Of a stretch of DNA of 64,000 nt, positions 1 through 13,284 are shown piece after piece (position 1 is the stretch's first letter; each line of letters opens with the position of its first letter). The notes under the pieces are model-generated. The model worked only from the letters and a program-made list of their open reading frames with translations. It made no database searches and was not told where the DNA came from. The stretch spans positions 15,750,001-15,814,000 of the forward strand of contig NC_087245.1 in NCBI RefSeq assembly GCF_037042905.1. The letters run 5' to 3'. A program made the position numbers and the translations under genes. The DNA comes from Lytechinus pictus (taxonomy: Eukaryota).

Positions 1-1619
1 ACATTTGACGTGTATCAAATTCTGCGCTTTCTAAAAAAATAGAGTCATCATGGCTATGGTGTTATAGAGAGAGAGAGAACGGATGGTGAAAAATAGAGGT
101 TTACGACTTAGAATTACGATTCACAAAATTAATATTAGGATAAGGCAAGGGCACTGTCAGGTGGAGGGTGCAGAGGTTAAGAAATTTTAAGACGATGGAT
201 AACATTTCAAGAAGTTTTTTTTAAGTAGGGAAAAGCAGAAAACACAAGTAAAAAGAGTATAAAAATAGAGGTATAAGTCGTGTATATCCTTGTACTAATC
301 GACTGAGAAAAAATCGCACATTAGCGGCGTCCCTGATTAGAGGGAATAAACCATCTTTATAATCGATAGTCATAAATCAAATTGAATAAGTTAACACCAA
401 AATATCACATGAAAATTGAACGCTTTAAAATGAGTTTGAGGTTGTCTCGCGTGGTTTGTGTATGGAGGTGTGGGAATGTGCGAAAGGGCTAAGAATATTT
501 TTGATGTGTATGTAAGACAAAAAGTGGCTGAAGAGAAGGAGAGAACAAGGAGAAGATAAATAGAGAGAAATAATAGGTTAAACAATAGGTAAACAGAGAT
601 GAAGAGAGGGAGAGACAAAGAAAGAGTGTGTGGCTATATTCATGGTATTTAACACGTTTGATAATTTCCTTTAAAAAAGAAAAGAAAAAAAAAACTTCCT
701 GTTGCTAGTAATCAGATACAATACCTGTACAAATATTACGAGGAAATTCTGATCTTTGCAAACATTTGATAGTGTCCGTAAAACCGTCTGCTATCAGGTG
801 ATACTCTTCTTAAAAGGCCGAAATGCGCGGGAAAAAAACATGGCCTACCAGCGGCGCCTAAATTCCAAAGCGACGCTGACCTTGGAAGCGATTGCACCTG
901 CTTGATGGTCACGGAATGGTTAGCTCCTCGGGCAAGGTCCTACAAAATGTTTTCAATCATTCTCGTTTTCCGTCTCGACATGGCCTTACTTTTGTTCCTT
1001 TTTTTTCTTCGGACATATAACTGCTGTTTGTTTAGCAGACGATGATTGGTAATGCTCACCATTCAGTAATTGGCGAATAAAACCGAATTGTCTTAATATT
1101 AAACATAAAAAGAGAAACAAGAATGATCCTCATCCTATATGATCCTAGGTTTTATATGCATGTGATAAAACAACACAAAACATTTAAAATATGCAGTGAG
1201 GGGAAAAATGTTTTGTCAATTATAAAGATCTTAGTTTATGAATAATGCACATTACTAAGGAAATTGATTCCTATTGACCACTGATAAATTATGTTTGACA
1301 TCGGGGTAAAAATATTGGCCAACTGATAGATTTCCGCCTGACTCAAGCATGTCGCCATATCGTAATACATGATATGTGTATATTCATCCGACAACGATGG
1401 CGGGGCTCTAATTAGGCCAAATCTATAATCTCTAGGCAAAACAGAGATAATGAAAGTCACATTTGAATGACTTAAGGTTAATTCATAAATATAGCAATTG
1501 ATTAACGATAACTTTAAAGGCCAGAAGTACTCCGACTAAAAAGTTTAATATGAAGAAGAAAATAAAAAAGGAAAAACTTACAATTTTATAAAAAATAGAT
1601 ACGTTATTACTTGTTTTCT

Positions 1620-1790
1620 CTATCTCATTTTTTCTTTCGTTCTTTCCTTTTTCTTTCTTTCTTCCTTTCTTTCTTTCTTTTTTCTTTCTTCTTTCATTCT
1701 TTCTTTCTTTCTTTCTTTCTTTCTTGCTTTCTTGCTTTCTTCCTTTCCTTTTGTTCTTTCTTTCTTCCTTTCTTTCTCTCTTTCTGCTTT
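1620..1790. repeat. (TTTC)n low-complexity tract
   Basis: Directly visible. Confidence 0.9.
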
Positions 1791-4700
1791 TGTCATTCAC
1801 TTCAATTGTTTCATGAACCTATGTTGCCATTTGTTTCATTTTGCAATGCTTAGTTTGTTTCCTTCTTCATGGACTGTTTTTTTTCCTCCAAATTTTGATC
1901 TTTCTATCCCACTATTTATCTCCCAAAGCGTTGTATAGCCTCTCATGACCTTTGCCAGGGTAGTAAGAACATATACGACTTGCTAGTAGCGCATCCTCGG
2001 GGAACACCTGGGCTAATTCCATCTAATCATCCGCTGGGTTGTGATTTCTCCTAGCAGCGTAGGGTTGCAGCTGGTGTGCTTTCACCCACGTCATCTTGCA
2101 CACGGAGACAATTATGTTGTGTGGAATTTATTCCAACATTCATCATGAAAGCTAATGACCGATTGATTTTCGTTCTTTGTTTTACCTCCTCTGAGAGGGA
2201 GAATGAGAGAGAGAGAAAGAGGGGGTGAGAGGGGCGGTATACAGTATAGAGAGGAGGAAAGGAGGAGAAGATTTGACTACAAGTATGGTTTAATGAATAA
2301 GTAAGTAAAAATAAATAAGACCTAAACCAATTGATCATCTGAATCATTATCCTGGTCATATTGGACCAAACCAATCAATCATCTGTGATGAGCACATTCG
2401 TAAAAAAACATATACGATGGGCTCTTCCAAACCACGTAACTTTACAAGAAATAAAATAAAAAGAACAGTGAGTTCAAGATTTCGAAATCGGATGATGTTC
2501 ACTTTGGTAGCTAAGGAAAAGACCCCTGAACTCAACACAGTCAGCGTTATGATACATTGAAAAACAACAACAACAACAACAACAATTATTATTCACATGT
2601 ATATGGCTAAAAGGTCCGATCACTTCTTCTCAAATTTCATTCCTGGAATAAAATAACGTAATTACCAATCGCCTGAATGTACTCATGCGGGCCTCTTCTA
2701 TTAATGAAATGACAATAATGTAATTCGTGTTAACCAATATACCAATAAGGCTACAGTTTACATTGACTAAAAGAGGAAACTGAAGCGTTTACTCTTTTGC
2801 CGCTTATTTCATGATTTTTTTTCTTCTAAAACATCCTTTAATACAGTGATGATTGTCCTTGCTCAAGACGAAATTTCACTCTCAGTCTTTTTTTTCTGCT
2901 TCCAACAGTCATGTCGGTCGCGAATGAATCGTTCGTTATATTCTCTCAGTACTTGAAACCACCCTTAGCATTGACAAGGGAAAAGGGAATACACTTAGAA
3001 TTGTTGATAGTATCGTTACAAATTGGTTCAAAGAGGGCGCAGAAACAGCATACCTTTTTCCAATTAGGTCTTCAATCTCATAAGCGAGGTATAATTATTT
3101 ACTACGAAACAAGATTTCTTTTTAGAGAAGTAGACATCTTCAAAACTCACTAAATTCAATTGATTATGGGTTCTCATTACCAATCTGGGAAGGAACCTAT
3201 AACATTAACTATAGGTGAGTGGCTCATTGTGTATTCATAATGTGAAAGTATAAATTTAAAATGAATTTCATATGCATAGAAAATATAGTGACATTACAAC
3301 TGTGGAACTGTTCAGTTGCCCACAGTAATGACAGTGTGGAGATAGTGTACACATATTAATTTCGAACATTTTAACGATGTGTATATCCCATCTTCACACT
3401 GTCCACTAATTGAACACTACAATGTGAACACACTGTGGTCCTTCCAGTATGGTCATATCCCAACATAACTAGGATACTTAATCTTGCATACTTAAAATCT
3501 CATCATGGTTTTACCCCGTTGCCAGTTGGAAACGGATGATCCCTGTACAAAGTTAATGGGAGATACAGAATTCAGTATTCAATGGATTAAGAAGAATTTA
3601 GACTAGAGAATTCACATCTAAATAAGATAGCTCAAACGCCACACGGTGGTAATTCTGAGCACATTTATAAACACTTTTCTGAGAGATTTCTTTGAAATAC
3701 TCTGTATGACCTATATGGTTTTAAGACTTCCTGTCATCATTAACTGGAAGCCAATTCATTATTAAAAAACAAGTGCAAATAGTTTAACAAGCCAATCTAC
3801 ATTATATGCAATAATGGTAATATTCTGCTGTTGTAAAGTTTAATACATCGAAACGTCGCGACGTACGTCTTTAGGTGCCTAAGAACACAACTATAAGTGT
3901 AGATCGATTAAGTTTGATTGTTTATCTCCTTTTCTCTTTTCCAAAATGTGCTTTTAAAAGGAGAGCACGCGAACCGCTTGAGAAGGATTGCAAAAGTAGA
4001 TTAAAAAAAAATCTATTGGTTTGATTTTATGCTGCAAAGTATTGTAATATCATTTAGGGATCGCCAGGCTTTCGAAGCATCGTCAGTTCATTGCGGGTAT
4101 TTGCTATGGTTAGAGGAATTGAAAGGGGAAATCTTGATACAAAATTCTTCAAATTATCTGTCGTAATTGTTGAAATTCTTTGCCAAAATGTCTTCTGCAA
4201 GCAGCAAAGTTCATTCATCATACTAAATTTCCCTCATTCTTCGAACATTCGCTTTGTTCAGATTCACGTTTTCATTTTGTATTTTCAGCCTTCAATGACA
4301 GTGATATCTTCGCACCAAATTCGCACCAAATGCACACGAATTCGGAGAAAAATCATCTCGCTACTTGTGAGTTTGCCATCGCCCCCCTTCCCTTCCCCAC
4401 ACACATTCGCGTCTATTGTCAATCGTTTTCTAGCTCCGTGAAAACCGCACTTAACGAATCTTAAACCGTACAATCTCGTTATTCCACCGGCATAGACACA
4501 ATTAGTTAAAGAGTAAATCAAGTGGAGAGGAAGGCGTTGATTGATTTTGGTCGGCAATGTGACCGTGTTCTCTCAGGCACCAATAAAGTTTGGGCAAGGT
4601 GGATAACGAAAATAACTATAGAGGGCCAAATTGAAAGGGAAAGACTCGCAACCCTTTACATTATCCATCAGACAGCATCACTGGAAAATGTGAGAGGAAC

Positions 4701-5269
4701 CACAGCGCTCTGCCTTTTTAACACATTGAAATGCAATTGATGTTTAAAGTCTGTAAATTGTTCTCTATCATTTAGATGGTGAGCTTTGATGAAATTACAG
4801 ACTCACCAATCGCCTGGATAATTGTGATGTAATGGGATGGGAGAGAGGGGGGGGGGGGGTATACAGAAAGTTGAGAATAAGGAGAAAGAGAGCTAAAGAT
4901 ATACAGACAAAGATAAAAGAGGGAGAGGGGCAAGAGAGATTACCCTAACTGAAATGAAATTCGACGATATAAAAATTAATGTTCACCACCTTATTACCAC
5001 CAAGCCAATATTATTTACAATTTATTAATAATATAGCAATCCCTTGTCAACCTAAAGATGTAATCATAATTATAGAAAGAAAATGGACATTGATGGTGTT
5101 CTACCATTTCAACACTGGAAGGGAGATGTATTATAGTTATACTTGATATCAATGATTGCCACAGGCAAGATCAGTGCAGGGTTCATTGCGACCTGTACTT
5201 CTTCCTCCTCCAAACTCACTCACCAAACTCGTTCTTGCCACATCCTTAAATCTGGCAGCGGTAAAGCCG

Positions 5270-6095
5270 TATAAATGTTAGAGACTCTCTCTCAGCAGCC
5301 TACCCCATCCCCAACTGTAATAATTGACGAGTACTCGACACACCACGGCCTATGAGGGCACACTCCGCCTCATTCATATTGCGATTTCCCCCTCAGTTAT
5401 TCAGATAAAAACTCCACGCAGCGAGAAAGTCGAGTTTCATTTAGTGTTTGCCGACTTCTGATGGAAACGGTCAGACGTTTCTGCTCCCGATATCTCATTT
5501 CTGGATATCGTTCTTTTTCGCGCCCCTTTCTTTCTCCCTCGCTCGCGCGGGCACTCGGTGATAAATCTTTGACAACTAACAATCGTTCCACCCTTATTCA
5601 TTGACTAATTGGGCGAATTTACGCTGGCCACTGTTTTCTAAACGTCTTTTGTGAATAGACGTGCAGCGGATTTGCCCTATTTACTCGACTTGATGCTATA
5701 TTTTTATCAACAAATATCAACCGAAATCAATCTGAAGAAAGTAATGTCTACATGATACCTTTTGCTCATTTTCGCCTTAAAATCCACGATTTTCAAGAAA
5801 CAGTGTTTAAATACCCTTTTTCAATTTTGTTTCAACTATCATCAGGATCAGAAAGGAACATATTTTGTGGGATCGGCTGGCTTTGAGAGAACAACAAAAA
5901 TTTGTCTACGCTATATGTTTCCATCTTCTTTAGATTATTTCATTGAACTGTCCTACATTACTTGTGACTACTTCTCATTTTGATTTCAAGATTAGGCTAA
6001 GGTAACTTTTCCATTATTCAAATTTTACTTGGAAGATTGCCTATAATTCTGAGCACTGTTCAAACATTATTTGGACAAGGGAAGAACCCGTCCAG
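5270..6095 (+). promoter_or_regulatory. Candidate promoter and first non-coding exon
   Basis: TATAAAT at 5270, Inr-like TCAGTT at 5393, locally CpG-rich 5400-5560, consensus donor CAG|GTGAGT after 6095. The link to the GPCR is inferred. Confidence 0.35.
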
Positions 6096-7924
6096 GTGAG
6101 TATCGTAATAACTATCATAACACCACTTGTTTTCAGAGAAGAGAGGAACATGTAGTGTGAAGATTTTATATCAAGAAGAGCAAATATTTTTTCAACTTAA
6201 CTTTAGAATTGTAATGCTCGTCATCATAATCATGAGCCTGTCCGGATGAATGTTCATTACTCCAATATTATCGTAAAATAGTTATTAAACGCTAGAAAAC
6301 TTTTTTTTTATAAACTTTTTTTGATACTTTTTAATCCCGTTTTAAAATCTTCGTAATATTTTCAACATCATCAATTAAAAAATCATCGATGGCGTGACCA
6401 ACTATTGAATTTCACGTATGTGAAACCCCAAACGAGATTAATGATATTCGAAACATCCGCAAATGTACATTTACTTATGTTTATTTTGAAATAATTAACA
6501 CTTTGTAATATTAGCTTATAAACCACAGAATGATGTGAATAACGCAATTTCATATTTTCTTTGATTTTCAAAATATAAGTCTGGTGCAAGCTGGCCGTCA
6601 TTTCTGCGGATATATAAAATGCTTTTAATCTTTCTTACAATAAAAACCCCTCTATCATTTAAAAGGATTCTAATCCTGCCAAGTGTCGATATGGGTAAAG
6701 CTTGTCTATTTTCTGAAAAATCATGCCTCATGCCATTTCATTTTCACAGTAAAACGTTGAAATGAAACACCTCTTTATGGCTTGAATAAATGCGCATTTA
6801 GGAGAAAACATGCTCTGCACCTAAAAATTTTCATGCAGTATTTTAATTCTAATGTTATCGTTTGTTCTCTACGCCGATACGCCAACGCATAGTTTGATTT
6901 ATATTTTTTAATTTGCTTGGACATTGTAGTAAATGACTTCTCAACATAGATTTATTTTCTAAAATCCGTTTGGTTTCATCTTTCACGGATCGGCTATTTA
7001 TTTGTTGGAGGTAGAAGGAATAGGAGTTCCATCAAGGTTGATGTCATCTATTAAACATGTGAAAGGGATGTGCCGTGGAATCTGCCCGTTTTAAATGACC
7101 ATTTCTAATACTTACAGTGATATTGTATTTTTTTTAAGAATTGGGTTGTTGACCGATCACTAACTAGGGCTATATAATTATATCAACAATGTGTTTTGTT
7201 CACTGTTTTTACGATATGTGTTTTTAATTCCATTGCACCGTCAAGTTTTTGGTGGTTTAGACAAAACCCAACACCTTCACGTGCTTACTCTTTAAGAGAT
7301 ACCTCTACGGCACGTGTGGTTTTCTTGAAAAAGGATTTATACAAGATACTGACGAGCAGCAGCTGCTAGCTATTATAGTATAAATCCGGGGGGCACTACG
7401 GTAAAATAATGAAAATGATAACGAATCAGATATAACAAGAAAGTTGTGGAATTCAACAAAAATTGATTTGATTTCTTTGGCTTGTTTGTATCATGACTGT
7501 GTATGGAACCATGATAAAATTGCCCCAGTACGTATCTCCTCATGATATTATATTCGCTTCCGGTAATTCTAGTTTTGAAGCAATCAAACGAACGTAACTA
7601 GTAACCTAATACTTTGATAGGCTTTCTACCCGAATAATTTGAGAACTAGTCCAATACTTGAATAGAAAGTCAGACTGATCCCGATCATGGCACACTGGCA
7701 TATCGGAGTTTCAATGCCGATCTAGATCGTCAAGGTCGCGAATTTCCGCTTGTTCGGCAGGACTGTGAAAGGTTATAAGGAACTTGAAGACTTTACCACG
7801 CTACCTTTGATGCTACAGTCAAATCTGACTCCAGACCAAAAAAAAAAGCTGTTAGATTATTACCAATGATAGAAAGTTGCGGTTGGTTTGGGGTTGGTGT
7901 GACAGTGTGGTGTAGAAGAACGTT

Positions 7925-8225
7925 GATACCTTCAAAAGGAATCTGCAGAACCTAGTAAATTGATGTCATAAAAAATGTTAAACAGGATGTCTTTTTTCTA
8001 TTCCGAGGTCCTGCTCAGAAGGAGCCTTTGCTTAGAGTCACTTAATGATTGTTCCCTAAAGCTACCGTTTCTAGAGATTCGGATGTTATCTTACACACCC
8101 TTAAATCTTTTAGAAGTTATGAGAAACTATCAGAACTTATCAGAATGAACCTCAGCTTGGAATCACATTGTTCCCCAAAGCTACCGTTTCTGGAGGTAAG
8201 GTAGTAATCGTACACATCCAAAAAT
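7925..8225 (+). pseudogene. Possible highly decayed LINE (CR1/L2-like) reverse-transcriptase remnant with internal duplication
   Basis: Frameshifted resemblance to LQxDLxxLxxW, RDLGVI and LSWxxH motifs; ~55-bp duplication at ~8048 and ~8167. Weak. Confidence 0.25.
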
Positions 8226-8459
8226 CTTAAAACTTAGCAGTTGACACTGGTTTTCTCTCATATCCTGCACGTTCAATATAAAAACAATATTCAGTTTATC
8301 TTAATCAGGGTACCAAGGTCATAATTAAAACGAATCTATAGTCGATCATGTCTAATTCAATCATTTTTGTCCGGTCAGTCTAAATTATTCATTATTGGCC
8401 TTTTACTATTTTTTCCATTTGTTATAAATTGTTAGGAAGTCCAATTTCCAACTGCAGAT

Positions 8460-8590
8460 TTCGCACCTTAGTCAAACCCGAAAAAATACGTGGGGCAAGA
8501 TAAATAATTACCGAAGGACATTTTGCTATGGCTGGGAATCGAAACCATGACCCTCTGTTTCAACTCAGAATCCACTGGGCAACAATGCTC
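8460..8590 (-). mobile_element. Partial tRNA-derived SINE head on the minus strand
   Basis: gggaatcgaaaccatgaccctctgtttcaa is the reverse complement of a B-box region like that at 10315-10352. A similar remnant lies at ~19685-19710. Confidence 0.5.
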
Positions 8591-9242
8591 AACTTCACAA
8601 TCAACTATTTAATCATAAAATCATAGGAAATGTATAAATGATTATTTTGGTTTATAGCTTTGTTTGTATCACGATCTTGACAACCTAACTGCCTAATATG
8701 ATTCATAAATCAGAATATTGACTACCGGTACTAAAAAAAAAAAAAATCATGACTATGGAGACATTGATTCTTTAATGATATCCTCAATAAACAATGTCAA
8801 ACAGTGATATTAAATGACGATATTGCAGTAATTAATTTTCGTTAGCCTTAGATTAGATCTGTATAAAATCTCTTCTCTCGAGATTTGATAGGTGTTTTGA
8901 CTATTGTGCTTTTATATGATGCAGATGCTACATTGAAAAAGTCATATCTCCACTCAACGATTTTCTTTGAGAGGCCTTTTATGCTTTGTATCACTTTGTC
9001 TGAATATCTACCTTTAAAAAAAAAATCGTCATTGCTGACATCACATTTCCTTTTTCGTTTTAGATGAGCTTAACAAAATTCTCTGATTCATTTCCTATTT
9101 ATTCTTCACCAATCAATTCTTCCTTGTCCCTCTATCCTTTCTTCAGTAAACTTCTTGTCATTTTGTTCTTGTTGTTTTTCTTCTGCGTTTCCTTATTTCT
9201 TTTCTTTTTCTCATATTATTTCATGTCCTCGGAATGGTACGA

Positions 9243-9342
9243 TAGACAGAGAGAGAGAGAGTGGGGGGGGGGAGATAGCTAGACAGAGCGAGAGAGAGAG
9301 AGAGAGAGGGGGGGGGGGGAGAAAGGGGAGTGTGTGTATGTG
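9243..9342. repeat. (GA)n with oligo-G runs
   Basis: Directly visible. Confidence 0.9.
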
Positions 9343-10277
9343 TAAAGAGGGTGTTTTTATCATTATCGAATCCTATTTGGTAAGCCCTTTGTCTGATCTC
9401 CACTCATACCGGTCTTGTGATCCAAGTGTTTCTATCTTCTAGTATTATTATACTCCCTCCTTTACCTCTACTTCTCATCACATTTTCTGCCGCTTTTTTT
9501 TTCAAAATACTTCCCATGCGACATTTTCGTTGATTTGTCGTTCAGCTCACAAACTATAACAAACGATAAGATCCACTTTACTGTTATCCCTTTCGGCGCT
9601 CCACTTAAACTGAATGTGTTTCGAACATTAGAAATAAACGCCTTTCAGGGAGATGAGTTTCTCCTCTTATTCCCTAGGAATCTGACCAAGTTCAAGAAAC
9701 ATTTTGAATACATCTAGCCATGCCCTAAATGTTTGAATTTTTACCCATTTTAATCATTAATTTTTGCACTTTTGTTAATCATTTTAATCCCACATGCTGC
9801 CTACTTTATAGGTCAGTTTGCTTTTCTTCTAAATTGGCTTCCAGCATGTCCGCCCTTTTAATTTCAATGTTTCTCCGACTGTTTATGATTTGATATTTTC
9901 TCTTCTCTATTTTCATAATCCATATGTCTCGCTATAAGTTATACTCATTGATTCCATCTACGCATCCAGCATGTTCAGCCACTTGCGTTATTGTGTCGCG
10001 CATTTTAAGGGAGATGGGGGGGGGGGGGAGTGGATTCTTACCTGTCAAATTCTTTCGCTCTTTTAATGGTATTTTTTGGTGAGACATAGTATTGCATTTT
10101 CAACATAATCTTCATCGAGTGTCCATTAAAATCCGGACCTATCGAATTTTTACATTATCACATTTCAATGAATTGTTAATTAATTGTCGAATTCAGAAGG
10201 AAGGTGACCTGCTCACAGTCTTTGATAAAATCGTGGATTGTAAAAAGAGCACATTACAATTTTCTTCTTTCTAAATT

Positions 10278-10596
10278 GGAGCGTTGTGGTTTGATAGTTC
10301 TGACTCTAACTTTTGAAACCAGGGTCGTCATGGTTGTGTATGGGTTCGAATACTAATCATGGTTTGCCTTTCTTTAGCAAGAAATCGAATCACCTTGTGC
10401 TGTGCTCATGCCAGGTAAGGCCAATGGGAACTTTGCACCAATTGCCTTTAACTGCTAGAAATAATTAAGAGTGCCCGAGAACACATGAATCGAGCGTATT
10501 GCGTAAGGGGCAATTTAAGTTCTAACGCAGTCACTGTGTCAAACTGGCAAAGCATGGATCCATGCCTAATGGGACATTCGTATAAAACCAGCCTAC
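10278..10596 (+). mobile_element. Decayed tRNA-derived SINE
   Basis: B-box-like gggttcgaatac, core tgtgctgtgctcatgccaggt...aatggg and tail tataaaaccagc, all similar to the 36253 copy. Confidence 0.65.
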
Positions 10597-12165
10597 TTTC
10601 CTTAGCTTTTTAGGTATCTATGAGGATGTAGGTTTTTATTTTATCTTGGGCCACTCTCTTAGGGCTCCGGTCAGCAATTTGGAAACATATATACGACCGA
10701 AATACAGTAGACATGTTATAAGGCAGTCGTCTTAATGCTTATGACAGCTATATAGAAGAGTAACAACCTGCTGAAGTTGGTACAAAACTGCGATTCATCC
10801 AAATGCAGGCAATAACCAGGATAAATTTATGTGTCATTTTGCCTCCTATAAATCTGTAATTTAGGATATGATTTTGCTTTCTCTCTCTCTCATCCCGATC
10901 TTTCGCCAGCTCTAAATCTTCATGTCCTCGTTCTATCTCCATTTCCCCCCTCCGTCTCCGTTTGTGCTTTATTTGAATCTATTCTCTCCAAGACGCATTT
11001 GTTTCACTTTTAGTACTTGAGACTTTTACATGCCTCTTTTTAGATGATGTCTTATCACTCACCTCTGTTGAATAACATCCGTGTGTATCCATCTTGAAAA
11101 GATGTGAAGTCAGATCTATCGCGAGATGGAGAGATGGTTTTAGAGAAGATAGGGAGACGATGGAGAACGGGAGACAGAAATAAGAGAGAGAGAGAGGGGG
11201 GGGGGGGCAGGAAAGATAATCAGACAGAGAAATGGGGAGAAGAAAGGAAAAATTGGAGGGGAGGGGAGGATGATGGAAGAAAAGGTAGAGGGAGGGGGCG
11301 GCTCTATACCTCTTTATCTTTTTTGTTCTTATTTTAACCCTTCTCCACCTCAATTTCTCACAGCTTATATTCTCCTCCGATAACACTCCTCTCTATCTAT
11401 CTTTGATCTGTTCTAATAGTCTCTATGGATCTCTTTTTCATCTTCTTATAATCCCTTCGTCAGTGCTTCGGGGATATAAAAAACCTGCATGGATTTTTTT
11501 CCTTTATGCCAGTGTATCTTTTTTCAAATTTAATTAATCTGACGATAGAAATATAGAACCATGAAGGCAACAATTCCTCGGTGAATATCTAAGATGATTA
11601 TTTGGTTTCATATATGTATTGTTTGCTGGCCTTTGAAAAATCATTCTTTAGATTAAAACATAACACTTTCATTTGTATGGCAATATACACTAAGGCGATA
11701 GCTATTATGATATATTTATATAAATCGAAAAAGTCTAAGCTTGCTATCTTTTCGGGATGGTCGGTTTTCATCCTCGTTTACTATTTATAGTAGATGAGGG
11801 TTATATCAGTTTACTATTTTGGATAAATGGTCGGTTTTCATCAGAGTTTATTATTTTGGAAAGATTGTTGGATAATCGCTCACTATCAAGGTTAACTTTG
11901 TTGGTTTTATTGTTTGATTATCGTCCAAATCTACTATCTTGTTAAGGTGGTTGACCGTTAGCCAAATTCACTATCTGTGGTACATGGCTCTTTATCATTA
12001 TAATATGCGATTTTGGTTAGATGATCGGTTATCATCACAGCCTATCACCTCGGATAGATGGTCGGTTATCATCTCAGCTTAACATCTCGGATAGAAGCTT
12101 AGCTAGAAGTCGAGTTAACTTTGTTGATCGTTAGTTATCATCAAAATTCACTTCATGAGTGGAAA

Positions 12166-13055
12166 GTCATTCAATATTGGTTTTTATTTTTGTTTTACGT
12201 GGTTGATTATCATCGTAATTTACTATCTTGGGTAGAAGTTCGGTTTTCATTACGCAATTAAGATGTCGGGCATCATACTGTCCACTGTGATTGGCAATAT
12301 ATGTTCATATATATATATATATTTTGGGTAGTTACTATCCTAATGAGCAAATTTGTTACCCAATTGTTAGTTTTATTACCCAATTTGGACTGATTTCAAC
12401 CAATAATTGTGGGAACAGTATATATAGGTTAAAAGTTGGGCATTTTTTGCTAAATTATTTTAATTTTAAGAGTGTAGGATAAACTTTATTGAGCAGATGA
12501 AAAAAATCACCAGAATGCACTATTCAGCATTCGGTAAATGTTTGGGTATGATAAAAAGTTACTACAATTGGTAAATACTTATCAGAATATTTCTGTGTTT
12601 GGTCATTCAATATTGGTTTTTATTTTTTGTTTTACGTGGTTGATTATCATCGTAATTTACTATCTTGGGTAGAAGTTCGGTTTTCATTACGCAATTAAGA
12701 TGTCGGGCATCATACTGTCCACTGTGATTGGCAATATATGTTCATATATATATATATATTCTGGGTAGTTACTATCCTAATGAGCAAATTTGTTACCCAG
12801 TTGTTAGTTTTATTACCCAATTTGGACTGATTTTAACCAATAATTGTGGGAATGGGAACAGTATATGTTGCTCAGGGTAGGTTAAAAGTTGGGCATTTTT
12901 TGCTAAATTATTTTAATTTTAAGAGTGTAGGATAAACTTTATTGAGCAGATGAAAAAAAATCACCAGAATGCACTATTCAGCATTCGGTAAATGTTTGGT
13001 TATGATAAAAAGTTGCTACAATTGGTAAATACTTATCAGAAAATTTCTGTGTTTG
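12166..13055. repeat. Tandem duplication, ~436-454 bp unit, two copies
   Basis: gtcattcaatattggttttt... starts at 12166 and 12602. The copies are near-identical apart from small indels. Confidence 0.95.
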
Positions 13056-13284
13056 GTAAAAACTTAGTTATCATCAGAAATTACTGTGTTAGGTAAATGG
13101 CAAAGTATCATTTCAGTTCTGTGTAGATAGGATATTGCCATCAGATTTCACTATTTTGGGAAGGTAGTTTCTTATGATTGTGTATTATGATTGTGGATGG
13201 GTGAATAACGTTAGAATTTTATTATCTAAGGTAGATAGCAAATTACCGTAATCTTCCTCGTTGTGTAGACTTCATTAATGGAGG

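Noticed and set aside
1483..1938. Lys/Arg/Glu-rich and Phe/Ser-rich ORFs
   Set aside because: Translations of a (TTTC)n tract.
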